DNA from: Macrostomum lignano
Taxonomy: Eukaryota
Length of the DNA: 29,155 bases
Reading direction: 5' to 3'
Assembly: GCA_002269645.1 (NCBI GenBank)
Contig: NIVC01001298.1
Span: forward strand, 320,242 to 349,396
Shown here: positions 9,228-18,200 of the stretch, piece by piece
Position numbering within the stretch: position 1 is the stretch's first letter
Layout: the number at the start of each line of letters is the position of its first letter
Made by a program: the position numbers and the translations under genes
The notes under the pieces: generated by a model
Told to the model about the DNA's origin: nothing
What the model saw: the letters and a program-made list of their open reading frames with translations, nothing else
Database searches by the model: none

Positions 9228-9324
9228 CTGCAGTTGAGGGGAAGGCGGGCATTTCGGCTGCCTTCAGAGGTCTGAAGGATGTCTTTCGAACCATTTGTAT
9301 GAGCTTACAGAGCCGAGGAGCTGG

Positions 9325-9560
9325 GAAGGCAGTGGCCCAGCAACTGAGGATTTGGAAGAGCAGTGGCCCAGCAACTGAGGATTTGGAAGAGCAGTGGCCC
9401 AGCAACTGAGGATTTGGAAGGGTGGCCCAGCAACTGAGGATCTGGGAGAGCAGTGGCCCAGCAACTGAGGATCTGGGAGAGCAGTGGCCCAGCAACTGAG
9501 GATCAGGGAGAGCAGTGGCCCAGCAACTGAGAAGCTAGGAGAGTAGTGGCCCAGCCTGAG
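9325..9560. repeat. 31-bp minisatellite CAGTGGCCCAGCAACTGAGGATTTGGAAGAG, ~7 copies
   Basis: Period 31 (9361 vs 9392). Confidence 0.93.
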
Positions 9561-9956
9561 GATCTACAGGCCTTAGCAGAAAATGGACCCCAAAATTGTT
9601 CAGAAATCAGAAAGTCCGAGTCGGATAAAATCAAACACGAGAAAGGCGTATTTATTTTTGTTTTAGCCAGCTTGACGCATTGAGGGGAGACAATTAAGAC
9701 GGTGCATTTAACAAAATGCTAAGCTAACTAAAAACTTACAGAAATGTCAGCGGTTCAGCAGTGCAAGTGCACTTGGAATTTTAATTGTAGGGCACAGTGG
9801 CGGAGAGTGCTATTGAATAAGGGTGAGTATAGTGAAGCAGAAGGACCAGTTAGCATTTCAGCATTGAATAATCTTTCAGATATAAGCACGCTGCTTTCGA
9901 AGAAACTCATTTGATGTGACTGCGCTTAGAAACTTTTTTACATGTACATTGCAATG

Positions 9957-10598
9957 AGGTTTTTGTGGGGCCGTGTGTACACTAGGGGGTAGGGGTTTTG
10001 TTGGGCCGTGTGTACACTAGGGGGTAGGAGTTTTGTTGAGCCGTGTGTACACTAGGGGGTTGGGGTTTAGGAGTTTTGTTGGGCCGTATGTAATAGGGGG
10101 TAGGGGTTTTGTTGGGCCGTGTGTACACTAGGAGGTAGGGGTTTTGTTGGGCCGTGTGTACACTAGGGGGTAGGGGTTTTGTTGGGCCGTGTGTACACTA
10201 GGGGGTAGGGGTTTTGTTGGGCCGTGTGTACACTAGGGGGTTGGGGTTTAGGAGTTTTGTTGGGCCGTATGTAATAGGGGGTAGGGGTTTTGTTGGGCCG
10301 TGTGTACACTAGGAGGTAGGGGTTTTGTTGGGCCGTGTGTACACTAGGGGGTAGGGGTTTTGTTGGGCCGTGTGTACACTAGGGGGTAGGGGTTTTGTTG
10401 GGCCGTGTGTACATTAGGGGGTAGGGGTTTTGTTGGGCCGTATGTAATAGGGGGTAGAAGTTTTGTTGGGCCGTGTGTACACTAGGGGGTAGGGGTTTTG
10501 TTGGGCCGTGTGTACACTAGGGGGTAGGGGTTTTGTTGGGCCGTGTGTACATTAGGGGGTAGGGGTTTTGTTGGGCCGTATGTAATAGGGGGTAGGGT
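9957..10598. repeat. 35-bp minisatellite GGGGTTTTGTTGGGCCGTGTGTACACTAGGGGGTA, ~18 copies
   Basis: Period 35 (10141 vs 10176). Confidence 0.95.
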
Positions 10599-11550
10599 TC
10601 ATGATAATTAAGGCGTTTCTCTCTGCCACTAAGGCTGCTGTGGAATTTTTAATTTAAGTTTCATCACGGAAAGGCATCACAGCTACATTTAGTGAAGGAA
10701 AGTACGTCATGCATTTATAATAATGTATACAAGTTGAATTGCAGACAGTACAAAAGAGGGAGAGGTGCAGCACAGCTAAACGGGGGTTACGCCGACTGCA
10801 AACTGAAAAATGAGAGTAATAAAAATTAACAAACTTAATAAATAAAAAAATATTTAGAGAACAAAAGGCACGGATCAGGGTTTAACTAGCAGGGCATGTG
10901 ATTTATTATGTAGTCACAAACTCGAGAACCGCAAAGGAATGCTCGAATACATAAAAAAGACATTGAAAAAATCAGGTGGTCGAGCAGGTGACAGACAATC
11001 CAGGGCCATCGGACGGAGTAAAATTTACAGTTTTTTAATTACAAAAAAACGAGGTGCAACAATGTGCACTGGATAAATTTGCTCCATCAAAATAGGGAGC
11101 AGTGATGATTAGTAAATATGGATACGAGGCGATTAAATATATTAGTTCAACGGCCTGCGCATCTAGGTGCTACGTTGATATGCAGCGGCAGTCGCAACAC
11201 ACTGCTGCTAGTAGAAAAAGACCAGTGCGAGCCAGTAGTGAGAAAAACGGATAGCAAAAAACACAAAAGACAGCAAAGGCTGTAGAAGCAAACTAAACAA
11301 TCATTAACTAAATGAACTGAAGAGCGAAACAGTTTGCCAAATTAGAACGGGTGGACAAAGTCAGTCACGGAATTAAGGAATAAAACAGATTGTTGGAAAG
11401 CGGGCTCAGGGTCACGGGAGCTGGCACAGCACTAGGTAATTAGCGGTTAAAATAGAAAAGACTATATTAAATATCTAAACACCGCGTCAGCCAATCAGAA
11501 TAGAGACTCAGCAATAAACCAATCAAAATCATTTCAAACCTGCCGATTCA

Positions 11551-11556
11551 TTTATT
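11551..11556 (-). terminator. Candidate AATAAA poly(A) signal for PCM1
   Basis: TTTATT on +, ~410 nt downstream of the PCM1 stop, just beyond the 20-bp array. Confidence 0.45.
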
Positions 11557-11604
11557 CACTATACTAAAATGAGTTGATTCTATCTTAAGAATTATATTCT
11601 AAAG

Positions 11605-11895
11605 CCTAGCCAATCAGAATCAAGCCTAGCCAATCGGAATCAAGCCTAGCCAATCAGAATCAAGCCTAGCCAATCAGAATCAAGCCTGGTCAATCAGAAT
11701 CAAGCCTAGCCAATCAGAATCAAGCCTAGCCAATCAGAATCAAGCCTAGCCAATCAGAATCAAGCCTAGCCAATCAAAATCAAGCCTGGTCAATCAGAAT
11801 CAAGCCTAGCCAATCAGAATCAAGCCTAGCCAATCAGAATCAAGCCTAGCCAATCAGAATCAAGCCTAGCCAATCAAAATCAAGTCTAGCCAACC
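11605..11895. repeat. 20-bp minisatellite AGCCAATCAGAATCAAGCCT, ~14-15 copies
   Basis: Direct repetition; degenerate copies extend to 11970. Confidence 0.95.
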
Positions 11896-11965
11896 AGAAT
11901 CACACAATTTAGAATGTAGTCAAGTCAAAAGCCAGCCAATCAGAACAAAGCCAGGGCGCAGCCAA

Positions 11966-12298
11966 TCAGGACTCAGTCTCCTCAGCCGTGGCGTCCTTCA
12001 GCGTGACCGTGACGAAGCCGTTGTTGCTCTTGCCATCAGCCGAGGACACCTCGTACTGGTCGGCGTCGGCCGCGGCCGAGCCAACTAGGCCAGCCCCGTT
12101 CTCGGGCCCGACCAGCGTCTCCAGCATCTCGGAGCGCAAGTCGGCAGCTGGTGGCGACTCTCCGCCATCGCCGCTGCCGCTGCCGCCGTCGCCAGTCTCA
12201 GCCTCGACTGCCTGAGCAGCCTGGACCTGAGGCCGCTTCTCGCTAGGCCGCTGCGCGTCCTTCTCCTCGGCGTCGATTACCGCGGCCACCGCGGTGAG
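11966..12298 (-). CDS. PCM1: PCM1 exon 9 (terminal)
   Basis: cgccgccAG|CTC; ends ..FVTVTLKDATAEETES, TGA at 11966-11968. Confidence 0.8.
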   Translation of the reverse strand, partial: LTAVAAVIDAEEKDAQRPSEKRPQVQAAQAVEAETGDGGSGSGDGGESPPAADLRSEMLETLVGPENGAGLVGSAAADADQYEVSSADGKSNNGFVTVTLKDATAEETES

Positions 12299-15200
12299 CT
12301 GGCGGCGAATCGGAGAGTTTAGGACACTTATTTGATGCCAACACCCGCCAATGCCTACTTGTAGTAGTAATTGACAGTCAAAGTTCTTAGCGGGATAATT
12401 TTTCCAGCAAGTTACTAATATCGCGGAGCAAGAGATTTTAAGTGCATTGTGATGCATCCCAGGCCAGTCTTTGTCCTCTATCCCAGCCCAGTCTTTGTCC
12501 TCCTCACCCCTTCCGTATCCTCTCCACCACCGTCGCTGTCGTCACCGGCCGCGGCCACGGAGCCGCCCTCGACCTCCTCCTCTTCGGAGCCGATCAGTGT
12601 CATCTCGCGTGTCTCGCTGGCCGCCAGCTGTACCGCCACGCCGACGTTGCCGCCTTCAGCCTCCTCGTCCTGCTGATCCTCAGCCTCCTCTTCATCAACT
12701 TCCTCCTCTTCATCATAGTCTTCCTCTTCCTCCTCCTCCTCCTCCTCGTCATCGCCAGTTTCCTCCGCTTCGTAGTCGACGCCGCTGCCATCGACACCCT
12801 GCCGGTTGGCCTCATCCAGACTGGCGATCAGGCGGTGGAAGGCCAGTTCGTTGAACAGGGTCTCGCTGAGGTCCACCAGCAGGTCCTCCAGGCAGTCCGT
12901 GAGACGGCGGCCCTGGTATCTGAAAGGCAAAGGGGAACCGATGGGTTTTGGGTCTGGACCAATCAGAGAACAGCAGGCTATTCTGGACCAATCAGAGAAC
13001 AGCAGGCTATTCTGGACCAATCAGAGAACAGCAGGCTATTCTGGACCAATCAGAGAACTGCAGGCTATTCTGGACCAATCAGAGAACAGCTGGCTATTCT
13101 GGACAAATCGGAGAACTGCAGGCTATTCTAGACCAATCAGAGAACTGCAGGCTATTCTAGACCAATCAGAGAACTGCAGGATATTCTAGACAAATCAGAG
13201 AATAGCAGGCTATTCTGGACCAATCAGGGAAATCAGACAGACTCACTTGGCCAGCGCGTCGGTCACCAGGCTGGTAAGCTGCCGAGAGAACAGCCGCTCA
13301 AACTCGTCGTCGGAGTCAGCCGACCGCGCCATCGTGGCCGCGGCCGCTGACTGCTGGGCTGCCATGATGAGGCGAACCCGGCGCAGTGCCAGGTCGCGCA
13401 GCCAGGTGAGGAACTGCGGAGTGGCGGTCTCGTGCGCGTGCGCCTTAACCAGCGGGATGAGGTGGTGCACCACCGCTTTGATCTGCGCGTCAAGGCGGCG
13501 ACTGTCGAGCAGCGGCTGGCGTGGCGGCACCGGCGGAGGTGGCGGCTGCTGCTGGCGCCGCTCACGCAGGATTTGCATGGCTCTGCGGGAGATTTGATTC
13601 AGACATAGGCTGGCAGTGTTAAACATAGGATCTAGTCGATAGCAATTCCGACTCCTGCACCAAAGTCCCGGGTTAGATTTTGCGGCCCGGCCACGTGAAC
13701 TTGGGTTTCTCGAACATGAGGGTCAGCCCCATAGGCAGCGTGCACAGGTCTTTCAAAATCCAAATCGCTCACCGGCTGAACTCTAAATCCAAAATCTCTT
13801 GATCTGTGAAACTCCTAAATCACGCACCCCACTTTCCAAACTCCCTAATGAAGTCCCAGATCCCTCACCAGCAAAACTCCCTAATGAAGTCCCAGATCCC
13901 TCACCTGCAAAACTCCCTAATGAGATCCCAGATCCGTCACCTGCAAAATTCACTAATGAAACCCAGATCCCTCACTTGCAAAACTCCCTAATGAAATCCC
14001 AGATCCCTCACCTGCAAAACTCCCTAATGAGATCCCAGATCCCTCACCTGCAAAACTCCCTAATGAAATCCCAGATCCCTCACCTGCAAAACTCCCTAAT
14101 GAGATCCCAGATCCCTCACCTGCAAAACTCCCTAATGAAATCCCAGATCCCTCACCTGCAAAACTTTCTAATGAGATCCCGAATCCCTCACTCTCACCTG
14201 CAAAACTCCGTAACGAAATCCCGAAACTCTCGTCTTCTAAACTCCTAATTCTAAATCCCTCACCTGTCCAGGTGCACTACGGTGTCGCCCAGGGAGTCCC
14301 TGGCAAACAGGGTGCCACCGCTGGCCGCGGCCGCAGCGCTAGGCGTGGTGGACACGGAGCTGCTGGCATCGTAGTAGGCCACGGGCTCTGCGTAGTCGGC
14401 CGCGCCGCCGCCAGCCAGCCGCCGCGCCAGGGCGCGGGCCGCCGCTCGCCTCACCGCGTCTTCGTCGCCAACACCCGCCGCAGTGTTGGAAGTCGCCGTG
14501 GTGGTGGCGTAACTCTCCGAGGGCGTCTGTTCGAAGCCGGCGCCGCCTGCCGCAGCGGAAGCGCCGGTGTCGCGAAGCCACGGCGGCTGGCGACGGCTGC
14601 CACCGGCTGCGCTGCCGACCGAGCTCACCTGCCTGCCGTGGGGTAAAGGGAACGTAGTGACTAGATCTGGTTGCTATGCTCTTGACACTACGCACCTCTG
14701 AATCGGCTGCTATGGTCTAAGTTGGTTGCTATGGTCTGAGTTGGTTGCTATGGTTTGAGTTGGTTGCCATGGTCTGCTAGTTGGTTGCTATGGTTTGAGT
14801 TAGTTGCTATATATTCTGTTAGTTGCTATGCATCCTGAGTTAGTTGCTATGCAGTTAGTTGCTATGCATCTGAGTTAGTTGCTATGCATCCTGGGTTAGT
14901 TGCTATGCATCCTGAGTTAGTTGCTATGCATCCTGGTTAGTTGCTATGCATGAGCTACATCCTGAGTTAGTTGCTATGCATCTGAGTTAGTTGCTATGCA
15001 CTCTGAGTTAGTTGCTATGCATCCTGAGTTAGTTGCTATGCATCTGTTAGTTGCTATGCATCTGAGTTAGTTGCTATGCATTCTGAGTTAGTTGCTATGC
15101 ATTCTGAGTTAGTTGCTATGCATCCTGGGTTAGTTGCTATGCATCCTGGTTAGTTGCTATGCACTCTGAGTTAGTTGCTATGCATTCTGAGTTAGTTGCT

Positions 15201-18200
15201 ATGCATTCTGAGTTTGCTATGCATCCTGAGTTAGTTGCTATGCATTCTGAGTTAGTTGCTATGCATTCTGAGTTAGTTGCTATGCATTCTGAGTTAGTTG
15301 CTATGCATTCTGAGTTAGTTGCTATGCATTCTGAGTTAGTTGCTATGCATTCTGAGTTAGTTGCTATGCATTCTGAGTTAGTACGAACCCCCAATGTTAA
15401 TGGATGACTAGGCTGATGCTCATTTCCGGCTAGGCTCTTTGAATCGTCAAACCCACAGTAATCGGAATAAGAACAGGCGGTTAACTTAAAAGAAGAAATG
15501 ATGGCAAAGCATACCGCACCTGCTCAGGTGCCTGTTGACCAGCTCCTGCAGGGCCAGCAGGGCTCGCTGGCGCAGAAAGTCAGTTGACAGCAGCTGCAGC
15601 TCGCGGAACAGCTCAACCAGGTAGTGGGGCCGAGCCTCGTTTTGTGAGATCAGCGCCGCCACCTCCGAGTAGATGCTCTCCCTCAGGCTCTCAAAGCCGC
15701 CGCGGCCGCCGACACCAGAGCCGCCCGCAGCAGCAGCGACAGCCTCCTCTTCTTCGTCGATCTCTTCCTCCTCGTCCACGTCCTCCTCCTCGTCGTACGG
15801 CACGGGCCCGGTGCCCGCGATGCCCGAGGAGACGCCGCCGCGGCCCAGCGGAGGAGTCCGGCGGCCCCGGAGCTCCTGCTGCCGCTCATCGGCGTAGGGC
15901 AAAGTGCGGGGCGAGCGGAGCGACCCGAGGTCCAGACGGGGCAGCGACTCGGTCTGCGAGCCGGCGGCTGCTGTCGCTGTGGGCTGCTGCTGCTGCTGCC
16001 TGTGGCACTGCTGGTGTGGACAGCTGGGAGGCTGCCAGTACCAGCAGGGCGGTGGCGGTGGTGGAGGCGGCGGCGGCGGCGGCATTCCGGCATGCGGGGA
16101 GTTGAAAGCCGCCAGACCGCTGACCTGCTGAGACAGGCGGCTCATCTCCTGCTGCTGGGCAGCCAGCATGGAGCAGCACTGCTGCAGGCACAGCAGCACC
16201 TGCGTGGCTGAGCCCACACCGCCCAACGGGTCCGGACGGCGTTGCTGGCGCCGGCGCCGACGCGCGTTTGCAGCCTCCTCCTCTTCCTCTTCATCGTCGT
16301 TGTCGTCGTCGTCATCGTCGATGTCCTCCTCTTCCTCCTCGGCGTCGGCCGTGTCCTCAAAGTTGGAGGCCGAAGTGGAGCCGCCCCAGGTGGCCGCGGC
16401 CGAGGCGGTGGTGGCGGCCGTCGGGTCCCCGCCGATGCCGCGCCGGCCGCCACGCAGCTCCTCGCGGAGCAGCTTCTCGGTGCGCATCCGGCCGTAGACG
16501 GTCTCGTTGGTGAGCAGCGAGGTGGTGGCCACCGGCTCCTGGAAGGTGACGCCGGCGCCGCCGACGGTCGCGGGCTCGGCAGCCCTGCGAGCGGCCTGTC
16601 CGCCGTCATCGTCATCGTCTTCGATCTCCTCTTCGTCGTCGTCGTCTTCGTCGCCGACCTCGCGGATTTCGGCAACCCGAACTCCGCCAGCCGACCGGAC
16701 AGCCCCGCCACCGCCACCAGCCCTGGCTTTCTCGGCCGCCTCGACGGCTTCGGCGTCGCGCAGGCGGCTCTGCAGCTGCTCCAGCTGGCCCTGCAGCTCC
16801 GACAGGCGCTCCCGCTCTTCCATGAGCTGGCGCAGCTCCTGGGACTGCTCCAGCACGGCCAGGTCGTACAGCTGCTGCTCCGGCAGGTCGGCCGGGGCCT
16901 CCATGCCGCCAAGGGAGGAGACGCCCTCCAGCAGGGACTGCAGCCTGGCCAGCTTGGCCTTGGCGTCCCGCAGCTGCAGCGCCCGCTGCTGGGTCAGCGG
17001 GTCCGCATCCGCCCACTGCCCGCTGTCGGCCTCGGAGGAGGCGGACGCGCCGCCGCCTTTGAAGCCTCCAGATGAGACAGCAGCAGCGGCAGCAGCGGGA
17101 GCGGCGCCCCTTTCAGAGCCGTCATCGCCGTCCAGGCTGCTGCCGTAGTTCAACAGTCGGCGACGCGCCCGATCCTCCTGCTGCGACATCGTGGCGCTGG
17201 TGGAACTGCGGCCCGACGTGGCCGAGGCCGGGGCCGCCGGCAGCGACGATTTGGCAGCCGCGGCTGCCGCTGCGCCTCCTCGATCGGACGCGGCATCAGA
17301 GTCTGCGGACCGATGAGATTTGGATTTGAGAGAGCTCGAGACGGCACAGCTAAGTTTTAGGCAAGTTATAGGGATCCGGGCCGGTGAGACTGGGATCCGG
17401 GCCGGTGAGACTGGGATCTGGGCCGGTGAGACTGCGATCCGGGCCGGTGAGACTGGGATTCGGACCGGTGAGACTGGGATCGGGGACGTTGAGACTAGGA
17501 TTCGGGCAGGTGAGACTGGGATCCGGGCCGGTGAGACTGGGATCGGGGACGGTGAGACTGGATCAGTCAGAGAGATTTGGAATCTATCAGAGATTGGGGA
17601 TCTTTCAGTGAGATTTGGGATTTGTCAGTGAGATTTGAGATCTGTCAGTGAGATTTGGGATCTGTCAGTGAGATTTGGATTTGTCAGTGAGATTTGGATT
17701 TGTCAGTGAGATTTGGGATCTGTCAGTGAGATTTGGGATCTGTCAGTGAGATTTGGGATCTGTCAGTGAGATTTGGGATCTGTCAGTGAGATTTGGGATC
17801 AAATAGAGGTCAGAAATCATAAATCCAATGACTGACCACCCTGGCCGTGAATGAAGTCGGCCGCTTCCTGATAGTAGGACACCAGCTGCCGGATGCCGCT
17901 CAGGCGGTCCCGCACGGAGCGCAGCTTCTCCAGCTGGGCGCGGGCGTCCATGGCGCCAAGGAGGTTGGCGGCCTCGCCGGCGGTGTTGCTGGCTCGCTGG
18001 GAGCTGGCGAGCGCCTGCGGCAGCAAAGATGGCGGAAGGTTTGAGACTAGTAAACCGTTAAATGCTTAATGCTGTGGTCGAACCTTCCGCAGGTTTTAAA
18101 CGCGCTAAATTACAATCCCCGGAACTACTTCGTATTTCTGCATACATCTTTCATCTGAAGGCATAATCGAACAAAACCTGCTACAGAAACAGCAGGACTA

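Noticed and set aside
15137-15407. ATNSECI / MHSELVA heptad ORFs as coiled-coil or antifreeze proteins
   Set aside because: Translation of a 21-bp intronic repeat with no flanking usable exon structure
15584-17148. Long plus-strand ORFs overlapping PCM1 exon 5 (likewise other GC-rich exons)
   Set aside because: Antisense shadows of GC-rich, low-complexity coding sequence with no recognisable motifs
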